DNA of 64,000 bases, taken from the NCBI RefSeq assembly GCF_006345805.1, contig NW_021833102.1:9021-73020 (forward strand), in the 5' to 3' direction. Position numbers and translations under genes: made by a program. Below the pieces are notes generated by a model that was not told where the DNA came from, made no database searches, and saw only the letters and a program-made list of their open reading frames with translations. The DNA is from Octopus sinensis (lineage: Eukaryota). Positions 1-14,726 of this stretch are shown one piece after another (position 1 is the stretch's first letter; every line of letters starts with the position of its first letter).

Positions 1-3000
1 CTTCCCATAAATTACATACACCTGAATTACATGCCCGTGAATTACCTGCCCCTAATTACATGCCCCTTAATTAGTTACCCCTGGATTAACCTGCCCCTGA
101 ATAACCTATACCTGAATAACCTGCCCCTGAATAACATACACCTGAATTACATACACCTGAATTACATGCCCCTCAATTACATGCCCCTGAATTACATGCA
201 ACTGATTTACATGCCCCTGAATTCTACCCCTGAGTCCCTGAATAACCTGCACCTGAATTACATACACCTGAATTACCTGCCCCTAAATTACCTGCCCATG
301 AATGACATGCCCCTCAATTACCTCCCCATGAATTAAATGGCCATGAATTACCTGCCCCTGAACTACCTGCCCCTAAATTACATGACCCTGAATGACCTGC
401 CCCTGAATGACATGCCTCTGAATTATCTATCCCTAAATTACCAGTCCCTGAATTACCTGCCCGTGAATGACATTGCCCTGAATTACTTTTCATCTGAATT
501 ACATGCCCCTGGATTACCTGCCCCTAAATTACCTGCAGATGATGACATTCCTCTGAGTTACCTGTCCTGAATTACCCCTGAATACATGCCCCTGGATTAC
601 CCTCCCCTGAATTACATGCCCCTGAATTACATTCCTCTGAATACCCACCCACGAATTACATGCCCCTGAATTACATACCCCTGAATTACTGCCCATTAAT
701 TACATGCACCTGAATTACATGCCCTTGAATTACCTGCCCCAGAATTACATGCCCCTCAAGTATCTACCCCTGAGTCCCTGAATTACCTGCCCCTGAATTA
801 CATACACCTGAATTACATGCCCGTGAATTACATGCCCCTGAATTACCTGCCCCTGAATGACATGCCCCTCAATTACCTGCCCGTGAACTACCTGGCCCTA
901 AATTACATGCCCCTCAATTACCTGCCCATGAATTAAATGCCCCTAAATTACCTTCCCCTGAAGTACCTGCCCCTAAATTACATGCATCTGAATTACGTGC
1001 CCCTGAATTACATGGCCCTGAATTACCTGTCTCTTAATTACATGCACCTGAATGACCTGCCCCTGAATGACATGCCTCTGAATTATCTATCCCTAAATCA
1101 CCAGCCCCTGAATTACCTGCCCGTGAATTACATGCCCCTGAAATACATGCACCTCGATGACCTGCCCCTGAATTATATGCCCCTGGATTACCTGCCCATG
1201 AATGACATTCCTCTAAATTACCTGTCCCTGGATTACCTTCCCCCGAATTACATTCCTCTGAATTACCCACCCACGAATTACATGCCCCTGAATTACATAC
1301 ACCTGGATTACAAGCCCCTCAATTACCTGCACCTCAATTATATGCCCCTGAATTACAAGACCCTGAATTACCTGCCCATGAATGACATTCCTATAAATTA
1401 CCTCCCCCTGAATTACATTGCTCTGTATTACCAGCCCCTGAATTACCTGCCAATGAATGACATTACTCTAAATCACCTGCACCTGGATTACCTTCCCCTC
1501 AATTACCCGCACATGAATTACATGCCCGAATTACCTGCCCCTGAATGACATTCCCCTGAATTAGCTGCCCATAAATTACATACACCTGAATTACATGCCC
1601 GTGAATTACCTGCCCCTAAATTACATGCCCCTGAATGACATGCCCCTCAATTACCTGCCCATGAATTACATGCCCCTGAACTACCTGCCCCTTAATTACA
1701 TGCCCCTGTTACCTGCCCCTGAATTACCTTCGCTGAATGACATGCCCCTGAATGACATGCCCCTGAATTGCATACCCCTGAATCACCTCCCATGAATTAC
1801 ATGCACCTGAATTACATGCCCCTAAATTACATGCAACTGATTTACATGCCCGAATTACATGCACCTGAATTACACTCCCCTGAATTATCTACCCCTGAGT
1901 CCCTGAAAAACCTGCACCTGATTACCTGCCCCTCATTACCTACCCATGAATTACCTGCCCATGAATTAAATGCCCCTGAAGTACCTGCCCCTAAATTACA
2001 TGACCCTGAATGACCTGCCCCTGAATGACATGCCTCTGAATTATCTATCCCTAATTACCAGCCCCTGAATTACCTGCCCGTTGAATGACATGCCCCTGAA
2101 TTACCTTTCATCTGAATTACATGCCCCTAAATACCTGCAGATGAATGACATTCCTCTAAGGTACCTGTCCCTGAATTACCCCTGAATTACCTGCCCCTGG
2201 ATTACCTTCCCCTGAATTACATGCCCCTGAATTACCCACCTACGAATTACATGCCCCTGAATTACATGCCCCTGAATTACCTACCCCTGAATTACATACA
2301 CCTGAATTACAGACACCTGAATTACATGCCCCTCAATTACCTGCACCTCAATTACATGCCGCTGAATTACCTAACCCTGAATTACCTTCCCCTGAATGAC
2401 ATGCCCCTGAATTACATACCCCAACCTCCTGAATTACCTGCCCATGATTACATGCACCTGAATTAAATGCCCCTGAATTACATGCCCCTGAATTACCTGC
2501 CCCAGAATTACATGCCCTTCAAGTATCTACCCCTGAGTCCCTGAATAACCTGCACCTGAATTACCTGCCCCTGAATTACATACACCTGATTTACATGCCC
2601 GTGAATTACCTGCCCCTAAATTACATGCCCGTGAATTACCTGCCCCTGAATGACATGCCCCTCAATTAACTGCCCGTGAACTACCTGGCCCTAAATACAT
2701 GCCCCTCAATTACCTCCTGCCCATAAAAACCTTCCCCTGAAGTACCTGCCCCTAAATTACATGCATTTGAATTACGTGCCCCTGAATTACAAGCACCTGA
2801 ATTACCTGCCTCTTAATTACATGCCCCTGAATGCACCTGAATCCTGCCCTGAATTCATGCCTCTGAATTATCTATCCCTAAATTACCAGCCCCTGAATTA
2901 CCTGCCCGTGAATGACATGCCCCTGAATTACATGCACCTCGATTACCTGCCCCTGAATTACATGCCCCTGGATTACCTGCCCATGAATGATATTCCTCTA

Positions 3001-6000
3001 AATTACCTGTCCCTGAATTACGCCTGAATTACCTGCGCCTGGATTACCTTCCCCCGAATTACATTCCTCTGAATTACCCACCCACGAATTACATGCCCCT
3101 GAATTACATACACCTGGATTACGAGCCCCTCAATTACCTGCACCTCAATTACATGCCCCTGAATTACAAGACCCTGAATTACCTGTCCATGAATGACATT
3201 CCTATAAATTACCTCCCCCTGGATTACCTTCCCCTAAATTACATTGCTCTGTATTACCTGACCCTGAATTACCTGCCAATGAATGACATTACTCTAAATC
3301 ACCTGCACCTGGATTACCTTCCCCTCAATTACCCGCACATGAATTACATGCCCGATTTACCTGCCCCTGAATGACATGCCCCTGAATTACATACCCCTGA
3401 ATTACCTTCCCATAAATTACATACACCTGAATTACATGCCCGTGAATTACCTGCCCCTAAATTACATGCCCCTTAATTAGTTACCCCTGGATTACCTGCC
3501 CCTGAATAACCTATACCTGAATAACCTGCCCCTGAATAACATACACCTGAATTACATACACCTGAATTACATGCCCCTCAATTACATGCCCCTGAATTAC
3601 ATGCAACTGATTTACATGCCCCTGAATTATCTACCCCTGAGTCCCTGAATAACCTGCACCTGAATTACATACACCTGAATTACCTGCCCCTAAATTACCT
3701 GCCCATGAATGACATGCCCCTCAATTACCTCCCCATGAATTAAATGGCCATGAATTACCTGCCCCTGAACTACCTGCCCCTAAATTACATGACCCTGAAT
3801 GACCTGCCCCTGAATGACATGCCTCTGAATTATCTATCCCTAAATTACCAGTCCCTGAATTACCTGCCCGTGAATGACATGCCCTGAATTACTTTTCATC
3901 TGAATTACATGCCCCTGGATTACCTGCCCCTAAATTACCTGCAGATGAATGACATTCCTCTGAGTTACCTGTCCCTGAATTACCCCTGAATTACCTGCCC
4001 CTGGATTACCTTCCCCTGAATTACATGCCCCTGAATTACATTCCTCTGAATTACCCACCCACGAATTACATGCCCCTGAATTACATACCCCTGAATTACC
4101 TGCCCATTAATTACATGCACCTGAATTACATGCCCCTGAATTACCTGCCCCAGAATTACATGCCCCTGAAGTATCTACCCCTGAGTCCCTGAATAACCTG
4201 CACCTGAATTACCTGCCCCTGAATTACATACACTTGAATTACATGCCCGTGAATTACATGCCACTGAATTACCTGCCCCTGAATGACATGCCCCTCAATT
4301 ACCTGCCCGTGAACTACCTGGCCCTAAATTACATGCCCCTCAATTACCTGCCCATGAATTAAATGCCCCTAAATTACCTTCACCTGAAGTACCTGCCCCT
4401 AAATTACATGCATCTGAATTACGTGCCCCTGAATTACAAGCACCTAAATTACATGGCCCTGAATTACCTGTCTCTTAATTACATGCACCTGAATGACCTG
4501 CCCCTGAATGACATGCCTCTGAATTATCTATCCCTAAATCACCAGCCCCTGAATTACCTGCCCGTGAATTACATGCCCCTGAAATACATGCACCTCGATT
4601 ACCTGCCCCTGAATTACCTGCCCATGAATGACATTCCTCTAAATTACCTGTCCCTGAATTACGCCTGAATTACCTGCCCCTGGATTACCTTCCCCCGAAT
4701 TACATTCCTCTGAATTACCCACCCACGAATTACATGCCCCTGAATTACATACACCTGGATTACAAGCCCCTTAATTACATGCCCCTGAATTACAAGACCC
4801 TGAATTACCTGCCCATGAATGACATTCCTATAAATTACCTCCCCCTGGATTACCTTCCCCTGAATTACATGCTCTGTATTACCAGCCCCTGAATTACCTG
4901 CCAATGAATGACATTACTCTAAATCACCTGCACCTGGATTACCTTCCCCTCAATTACCCGCACATGAATTACATGCCCGAATTACCTGACCCTGAATGAC
5001 ATTCCCCTGAATTATATACCCCTGAATTAGCTGCCCATAAATTACATACACCTGAATTACATGCCCGTGAATTACCTGCCCCTAAATTACATGCCCCTGA
5101 ATGACATGCCCCTCAATTACCTGCCCATGAATTACATGCCCCTGAATTACCTTCCCCTGAATTACATGCCCCTGGATTACCTGCCCCTGAATTACCTTCC
5201 CCTGAATAACATACATCTGAATTACCTTCCCCTGAATTACCTGCCTCTGAATTACCTGCCCTGAATTACATACCCCTGAATTACCTGCCCCTGAATTACA
5301 TACCCCTGAAGTACCTGCCCGTGAATTACCTGCCCCTAAATAACATGCATCTGAATTACCCGCCCCTGAATTGCAAACACCTGAATTACATGGCCCTGAA
5401 TTACCTGCCTCTTAATTACATGCACCTGAATGACCTGCCCCTGAATGACATGCCTCTGAATTATCTATCCCTAAATTACCAGACCCTGAATTACCTGCCC
5501 GTGAATGACATGCCCCTGAATTACCTTTCCTCTGAAATACCTGCCCCTGAATTACATGCCCATGAATGACATTCCTCTAAATCACCTGCACCTGAACTAC
5601 CTGCCTCTGGTTTACCTGCCCCTGAATTACATGCCGCTCAATTACCTGCACCTCAATTACATGCCCCTTAATTACATGCCCCTGAATTACCTGCACCTGA
5701 ATTACCTGCACCTGAATTACATAAACCTGAATTACATGCCCCTCAATTACCTGCCACTGAATTACCTTGCTCTAAATTACATGCCCCTTAATTACTTAAC
5801 CCTGGATTACCTGCCCCTGAATTAGGTGCCCCTGAATTACATACCCCCTAAGTACCTGCCCCTAAATTACATGCATCTGAATTGCCTGCCCCTGAATTAC
5901 AAACACCTGAATTACCTGCCTCTTAATTACATGCACCTGAATGACCTGCCCCTGAATGACATGCCTCTGAATTATTTATCCCTAAATTACCTGCCCGTGG

Positions 6001-9000
6001 TTGACATGCCCCTGAATTACCTTTCATCTGAATTACATGCCCCTGAATTACATACCCCTGAATTACATGCCCCTGAATTACATGCCCCTGAATTACCTGC
6101 CCATGAATGACATTCCTATAAATTACCTTCCCCTGAATTACATTCCTCTCAATACCTGCCCCTGAATTACCTGCCAATGAATGACATTACTCTAAATCAC
6201 CTGCACCTGGATTACCTTACCCTCAATTACCCGCCCATGAATTACATGCCCGAATTACATGCCCCTGAATTACCTTCCCTGAATGACATGTCCCTGAATT
6301 ACATACCCCTGAATTACCTGCCCATGAATTACATGCCCCTGAATTACCAGCCCCTGAATTACCTTCCCTGAATGACATGTCCCTGAATTACATACCCCTG
6401 AATTACCTGCCAATGAATTACATGCACCTGAATTACATGCACCCGAATTACATACACCTGAATTACCTGCCCCTGAACTATCTGCCCCTGAGTTACCTGC
6501 CCCTCAATTACCTGCCCAAGAATTACATACACCTGAATTACATGCCCGTGAATTACCTGCCCCTCAATTACGTGCCCCTGAATTACATACCCCCTAAGTA
6601 CCTGCCCCTAAATTACATGCATCTGAATTGCCTGCCCCTGAATTGCAAACACCTGAATTACCTGCCTCTTAATTACATGCCCCTGAATGACATGCCTCTG
6701 AATTACATGCCCCTGAATTACCTGCCCATGAACGACATTCCTATAAATTACCTGTCCCTTAATTACCTTCCCCTGAATTACATGCCACTGAATTACATTC
6801 CTCTGAATACCTGCCCCTGAATTGCCTGCCAATGAATGACATTACTCTAAATCACCTGCACCTGGATTACCTTCCCCTCAATTACCCACCCATGAATTAC
6901 ATGCCCGAATTACATGCCCCTGAATTACCAGCCCCTGAATTACCTTCCCTGAATGACATGTCCCTGAATTACATACCCCTGAATTACCTGCCCATGAATT
7001 ACATGCACCTGAATTACATGCACCTGAATTACCTGCCCCTGAACGATCTGCCCCTGAGTTACCTGCCCAAGAATTACATACACCTGAATTACATGCCCGT
7101 GAATTACCTGCCCCTAAATTACATGCCCTTCAATTACCTGCCCATGAATTACATGCCCCTGAACTACCTGCCCCTTAATTACATGACCCTGGATTACCTG
7201 CCCCTGAATTACCTTCCCCTGAATAACATACATCTGAATTACCTGCCCCTGAATTACATACCCCTGAAGTACTTGCCCCTAAATTACATGCATCTGAATT
7301 ACCTGCCGCTGAATTGCAAACATCTGAATTACATGGCCCTCAATTAGATGCCTCTTAATTACAAGCACCTGAATGACCTGCCCTTGAATTACCTGCACCT
7401 AGATTACCTGCCCCTGAATAACATTTTCTCTGAATTACAAGCCACTGAATTACTACCCCTGAATTACCTGCCCATGAATGACATTCCTCTAAATTACCTG
7501 TCCCTGAATTACCTGCCCCTGGATTACCTTCCCCTGGATTACCTAACCCTGAATTACCTGCCCCTGAATGACAATCCTCTAAATTACCTTCCCTGAATTA
7601 CCCCTGAATTACATGCCCCTGAATTAGCTGCCCCTTAATTACCTACCCCTGAATTACATGCACCTCAATTACATACACCTGAATTACATGCCCCTTAATT
7701 ACCTGCACCTCAATTACATGCCCCTGAATTACCTGCACCTCAATTACATACCCCTGAATTAACTGCACCTGAACTACATGCCCCTCAATTACCTGCCACT
7801 GAATTACCTTGCTCTGAATTACATACCCCTTAATTACTTAACCCTGGATTACCTGCCCCTGAATAACCTACACCTGAATAACCTGACCCTCAATTACCTT
7901 CCCCTGAATTACATGGCCCTGAATTACCTGCCCCTTAATTACATGCACCTGAATGACCTGCCCCTGAATGACATGCCTCTGAATTATCTATCCCTAAATT
8001 ACCAGCCCCTGAATTACCTGCCCCTGAATTACATGTTCCTGAATAACCTGCCCATGAAGGACATTCCTCTAAATTACCTGTCCCTGAATTACCCCTGAAT
8101 TACATGCCCCTGGATTACCTAACCCTGAATTACCTGCCCCTGAATGACAATCCTCTAAATTACCTTCCCTGAATTACCCCTGAATTACATTCCTCTGAAT
8201 TACCCACCCATGAATTACATGCCCCTGAATTACATGCCCCTCAATTACATGCCTCTTAATTACATGCACCTCAATGACCTGCCTCTGAATTATCTATCCC
8301 TAAATTACCTGCCCGTGAATGACATGCCCCTGAAATACCTGCCCCTGAATTACCTGCCCATGAATGACATTCCTATAAATTACCTGCCCCTGAATTACCT
8401 TTCATCTGAATTACATGCCCCTGAATTACCTGCCAATGAATGACATTCCTCTAAATCACCTGCACCTGGATTACCTTCCCCTCAATTACATGCCCCTGAA
8501 TTACATGCCCCTGAATTATCTGCCCCTGAGTCCCTGAATAACCTGCACCTGAATTACCTGCCCCTGAATTACATACACCTGAATTACATGCTCGTGAATT
8601 ACCTGCCCCTAAATTACATGCCAATGAATAACCTGCCAATGAATCACATACACCTGAATTACATGCCCGTGAATTACCTGCCCCTAAATTACATGCCCCT
8701 GAATGACATGCCCCTCAATTACCTGCCCCTGAACTACCTGCCCTTTAATTACATGCCCCTGAATTACCTGCCGCTGAATAACATACACCTGAATTACCTG
8801 CCCTGAATTACATACCCCTGAAGTACCTGCCCCTAAATTACATGCATCTGAATTACCTGCCCCTGAATTGCAAACACCTGAATTACATGGCCCTCAATTA
8901 CATGCCTCTTAATTACATGCACCTGAATGACATGCCTCTGAATTATCTATCCCTAAATTACCTGCACCTAGATTACCTGCCCCTGGATTACCTTTCATCT

Positions 9001-9613
9001 GAATTAATTGCCCCTGAATTACATACCCTGGATTACCTAACCCTGAATTACCAGCCCATGAATGACATTCCTTTAAATTACCTGTCCCTGAATTACCCCT
9101 GAATTACCTGCCCCTGGATTACCTTCCCCTAAATTACATGCCTCTGAATTACATACACCTGAATTATATGCCCCTCAATTACCTGCACCTCAATTACATG
9201 CCCCTGAATTACATGCACCTGAATTACATTCCCCTGAATTACCTGCACCTGGATTACATAAACCTGAATTACATGCCCCTCAATTAACTGCCTCTGAATT
9301 ACCTTGCTCTGAATTACATGCCCCTTAATTACTTAACCCTGGATTACCTGCCCCTGAATAACCTACACCTGAATAACCTGACCCTGAATTACATACCCCT
9401 CAATTACCTGCCCGTGAATTACATGGCCCTGAATTACATGTCCCTGAATTTCCTGCCCCTTAATTACATGCTCCTGAATTACCTGTCCCTGAAATACATG
9501 CACCTGGATTACCTGCCCCTGAATTTCCTGCGCCTTGATTACCTGCCTTGAATTACCTTCCCCTGAATTACCTGCCCCTGAATTACCTGTCCCTGAATTA
9601 CATGTCCCTGAAT
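1..9613. repeat. 15-bp tandem satellite, consensus CCCTGAATTAC(A/C)TGC, with higher-order structure
   Basis: Continuous 15-nt periodicity. A diagnostic block at 1 (cttcccataaattacatacacctg...ttagttacccctgg) recurs at 3406. The YLPLN/YMPLN pentapeptide ORFs are a by-product of the 15-nt unit. Confidence 0.98.
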
Positions 9614-9627
9614 GTATGAATATCTAT

Positions 9628-10063
9628 GTATGGACGCATGATGTGTGGACGAGGCTTGTGTGTATGGACGCATGATGTGTGAACGAGGCTTGTTTGTATG
9701 GACGCATGATGTGTGAACGAGGCTTGTTTGTATGGACGCAAGATATGTGAACGAGGCATATTTGTATGGACGCATGATGTGTGAACGAGGCTTGTTTGTA
9801 TGAACGCATGATGTGTGAACGAGGCTTGGTTGTTTGGACGCATGATGTGTGAACGAGGCTTGTTTGAATGGACGCATGATGTGTGAACGAGGTGTGTATG
9901 AGTGGACGCATGATGTGTGAACGTGGCTTGTTTGTATGGACGCATGATGTGTGAAAGAGGCTTGTTTGTATGGACGCATGATGTGTGAACGAGGCATGTT
10001 TGTATGGACGCATGATGTGTGAACGAGGCATGTTTGTATGGACGCATGATGGGTGAACGAGGC
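9628..10063. repeat. 34-bp tandem satellite A (GTATGGACGCATGATGTGTGAACGAGGCTTGTTT), ~13 copies
   Basis: Direct 34-nt periodicity. Confidence 0.97.
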
Positions 10064-10463
10064 AGCACTTATTCTTTCTAAGCCTAGTATTTATTCTAAC
10101 TTATTCTTTTCTGCCGAGCCGCTGAAATACAGGGAGGAAAACACACCAGCATTGTTTGAAAAATCTACTATAGCCCCGAGCCGACCAAAGCCTTGTGATT
10201 GGATTTGGTGGAAGGAAACTGGAAAACTCCAGTCATATATATGTTTATATGTGTGCGTGTGTGTCTTTGTTCCCATACATTGCTACACAACGGATGCTAG
10301 TCTGTTTACGTCCCCATAACTTAGAGGTTCAGCGAAATAGACTGATAGAATAAGCACTAGGCCTACAATGAATAAGTCCTGGGGTCGATATGCTCGACTA
10401 AAGGTCGTGCTCCAACATGGCCACAGTCAAATGACTGAAACAAGTAAATGAGAGTAAAAGAGT
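10064..10463. mobile_element. Octopus-type SINE fragments (reverse-strand tail piece followed by a headless forward copy)
   Basis: Shares ccgaccaaagccttgtga.tggatttggt and ...gtgctccaacatggccacagtcaaatgactgaaacaagtaa with the full SINE at 16264-16597. The block is near-identical to 18981-19370. Confidence 0.8.
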
Positions 10464-10837
10464 TAAATAACGAGAAATCCATGACCTGTTAACTAGGGAG
10501 ATAGCAGAAAATATCTCCTAGAGTTACTTCTCCCTAACGTCATATAATACGTTTTCCTGTTGTAATATCTGTAAGAAAGTAATAATGACATAATCAAGTT
10601 TCTTTTTTGTTTTATATAGTATATATGCGTATGTGGGGTATATACACGTATATCTTAAGTATATATATATATATATATATATATCTATATATATATATAT
10701 ATATATATATAAATACTGGTGCTGCCGCCTTTAGTCGATCACATCGTCCGCAGCACTTCTTTGTAAGCCTAGTAAATTTTATTCTCTTTTGCCGAACCGC
10801 TAAAATACAGGGAGTAAACAGCTACATCGTTCGAAGG

Positions 10838-11058
10838 TAATGACCAAACTGTCTACTTTTATCCACCAGTTCCAACACGATTTAACAAAAAGGAGACAAA
10901 TTGCTTGACTAGATTTCACTGCAAAGCCAGTAACATCTATGAACTTCCCAAAATCTACAAAAGTTAAGCCATAAACAAAACCGTAACAAGTTAACTTCTA
11001 TAGTTTAAATATTTCACACCCGAGATATCCGAATGAGGCCAATTATGGCCAATCCAGG
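10838..11058 (+). mobile_element. Penelope-like element reverse transcriptase N-terminal fragment (frameshifted copy)
   Basis: Paralogue of 13419-13640; encodes ..SNIYELPKIYK..RMRPIM, matching the PLE YGLPKIHK...RPI motif. Confidence 0.65.
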
Positions 11059-11214
11059 TATGTAGATACGGGAGGCATTGGGTGCTTAACACTCGCAAAA
11101 TCTGAAGTCGCTAAAGGTGCAATAAATTGAACTTCTTTCATTTAGAACTTAGGGATCTGCAAATGTGGGTATCTTGGAGATGCTTAAAGTGTCTGCTGTA
11201 GCTGTAATCGTCGC

Positions 11215-11612
11215 ACAAACAAACGAATAAAAACACAGTCGCTCACACACACGTACACACAAAAATAAAAACATTCACACAAACACAGACACTGAAATGA
11301 AAATAGCAACACACACACATATAAAAAGTCCCACGCACACAAACACTGAAAAAAAATTCTCACAAAAACACTCACTTACGCACAAAAAATAAAAATACAG
11401 ATACATATTCACACACTCAAACACGCGGACAAACACAGAAATGAAAACAGTTACATACCTACACATGCACAAACACAGACACACACAAATACAAATGGAA
11501 AATACGGTAACACATCCAAACTCTAACACACTAACATACGCACAAACACACATACACACAAACATAAGCACCCACACACAGAAATGAAAACACAGTTACA
11601 CACTCACACATA
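11215..11612. repeat. CA-rich degenerate minisatellite with recurring gaaatgaaaa motif (paralogues near 13790-14000, 14530-14727, 19955-20340)
   Basis: Low-complexity acacacaaac tracts punctuated by (ct/ca)gaaatgaaaa. Confidence 0.7.
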
Positions 11613-13215
11613 AACCCTAACCCTAACTAGCACAAACATACAAGTTATTCAGAATGTAAAGGGGCATTGGGTGCTTTGCACTCGCAGTTAGAATATCAGC
11701 CCCCTCCACGCCAGTATGAGAATTTCTTTTATCCACTGTGAAATTAATACATTGTCGACACATGGGAAAAATATGAGCAACATCTGAAGTCACTAAAGGT
11801 GCAATAAATTGAACTTATTTTGATTTAGTAGTTAGTGATCTCAAATGTGGGTATCTTAGAAATGGTCAAAGTGCTTGTTGCATTTGTAAGTGTCGCACAC
11901 ACACAAACAAATAGAAACACTCAGTCGCTCACACACCTCGCGCACACAGAAATAAAAACACTCTCACACACACACAAACAACCACTGAAATGAAAATACC
12001 CCATACTCACATAAATAAAAACAGTCCCACACACACAAGGAGCCCAATAGGTCTATCAAAAAAGTTTCTAGTATTTTCCTAGCCCATAATTTATAATAAT
12101 TGAAGTTCTTACAATAAATAAATACCTACTAAATCAGTACATCGAACATTACTCCCCGTAACCTATCGGTTCTGCAAAAGAGACCTATACGTTAAGTAAT
12201 AGGCATACAAAGAATAATTCCTGGGGTTGATTTGCTTGACTAAAGGCGTGCTCCACCATGGTCACAGTGAAATAACTGAAAGAGTATAAGAGCGACAAAG
12301 TGTATATTACGATAACTACATACTTAAGGAGATAACTACAGAGTATCTTCTACAGTTACTTCCCTTGAATATTATATTTAACAATAATAAAATATTTTAG
12401 GAAATTAACTCTCGGAAGGGAGATAACTAGATAACATCTTCCAGAGTTACTTTCCTTACATATAATTATTTTACTTTATTAAATTATAATATGCGAGAGA
12501 AATAGCTCTAGAATATAATTCAGACGGGACACACACCCTTTAACGCTTTTCTAGAGCAAATCGACACTAGGACTTACTCTATGACAGCCTAGAATATTAT
12601 TTATTGGTCGTCTTTTCCCGAAGTTACTGGAGTGTAAAAAGACCAGCATCGTTGTCAAGCGGTTTTTGGGGACACAGAAACTATATATAAATATCTATCT
12701 AGTTTATATTTACTGCTGAGAAAACCACGCGAGAGTGGTGGATTTGGAAAAGTAATATCATATAGACTCGAGACAGTTATTATCGCCTCGAGCCTATATG
12801 CTAGTAGAAGACATTTGCCTAACGTGCCACTCAGTGGGACTGAACTCGGAGTAAATTGTTAGGTAAGCAAGCTAATTCCCATTCAGACACTACTGTTTGT
12901 TAACCGGACAACTTTAATGTGAGCCCTAATCGTTGATATGCAAATGGTTCATTAATGGGGTCCGGAACTTTCGCGGCTGGGTCCCATAAGACAACGCAAC
13001 AATCTTGGGTATGGGTGGACTGTCCTCACACACGCCACACAACACACCCACACGTCAAATAAATATGACCAGCTGATCATTTACATTTCACTCACACCCC
13101 ACAAATATATAAAGTAATAATGTTATCTAGTACTACTCTTCGGACATAATCAAGTTTCATTTTTCTTTTAGATTATATATATATGCATGTGTGGGTATAT
13201 ACATGTATATCTGTA

Positions 13216-13246
<31 letters not shown>

Positions 13247-13418
13247 TATATAAATACTAGAGCGCCGCCTTTAGTCGAGCACATCGTCCGCAGCACTTAT
13301 TCTTTGTAAGCCTAGTATTTATTCTAACTTGTTCTCTTTTGCCGAACCGCTAAAATACAGGGAGTAAAACACACCTGTATCGGTTAAAAGCATCAACAAC
13401 AACAGTCAATCGAAGATA

Positions 13419-13640
13419 ATGACCAAACTGTCTACTCTTATCCACCAGTTCCAACACGGTTTAACAAACAAGGAGACAAATTGCTTGACTAGATTTCACT
13501 GCAAAGCCAGTAACATCTATGGACTTCCCAAAATCTACAAAGTTGAGCCAAAAACAAAACCTGTACAATTAACTTCTATAGTCATAAATATTCCACACCC
13601 GAGAGATCTCCGAATGGGGCCATTATGGCCGATCAAGATA
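13419..13640 (+). mobile_element. Penelope-like element reverse transcriptase N-terminal fragment
   Basis: ORF 13419..13685 contains LTNKETNCLTRFHCKASNIYGLPKIYK...HPRDLRM, the YGLPKxxK motif typical of PLE RT. No downstream RT motifs are present. Confidence 0.7.
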
Positions 13641-14726
13641 TGTATATACGGGGTGCTTAACACTCGCAAATCTGAAAGTCGCTAAAGGTGCAATAAATTG
13701 AACTTCTTTTCATTTAGAAATTAGGGATATACAAATGTGGGTATCTTAGAGATGCTTAAAGTGTTTGTTGTAGCTGTAATTGTCGCACACACACAAACAA
13801 ATAAAACACACAGAGGCTCACACACACTTACACACAGATATAAAATCATTCACACATACACAACACTGAAATGAAAACAGTTACATACCTACACACGCAC
13901 AAACACACACACAATATAGCAACGAAAAAGACACAGTTACACATCCAAACTCTCACACACTCACATACGCACAAACACACACAGAAATGAAAACGCAGTA
14001 ACTTATCGGTTCTGCAAAAGAGACCTATACATTAAGTAATAGGCTTACAATAATGATTCCTGTGGTTGATTGCTTCACTAAAGGCGGTGCTCCCACCATG
14101 GTCACAGTGAATTAACTGAAAGAGTCTAAGAGCGACCAAGTGTATATTACGATAACTACATACTTAAGGGAAAAAAACGACACAGTATCTTCTAACAGTT
14201 ACTTCCCTTGAATATTATATTTTAAACAATAATAAAATTATATTTTAGGAATTACTCTCGGAAGGGAGATAACTAGATAACATCTTCCAGAGTTACTTCC
14301 CGTAAATGTAATTTAATTACTTTCGTTAAATTATAATATGCGAGGGAAGTAACTCTCAATTATATTATTCAGATATGACACACTTTTACGATTTTTTGGA
14401 GTTTAACTGCTCTCTCTAGTGAGTCGGATGTCCCATTATGGCCATCCATATATATACATATATATATATGTATATATATACATATCTCCTAAACATATAT
14501 ATATGTATATATATATATATATATATATCCTAAACAAACACTGAAAAAAACTACTCAGACACACACACTCACATACGCACAAACACAAACACACAAATGA
14601 AAATACAGATACATATTCACACTCAAACACGCGGTCAAACACAGAAATTAGAACAGTTACATACGTACACATGCACAAACACACAGACACACACAAATAG
14701 AAATGAAAAATACAGTTACACACTCA

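Noticed and set aside
31-9551. Many ORFs of YLPLN/YMPLN pentapeptide repeats resembling LRR or pentapeptide proteins
   Set aside because: They result from a 15-nt unit divisible by 3; frames break at random indels and stops, and there is no unique coding sequence.
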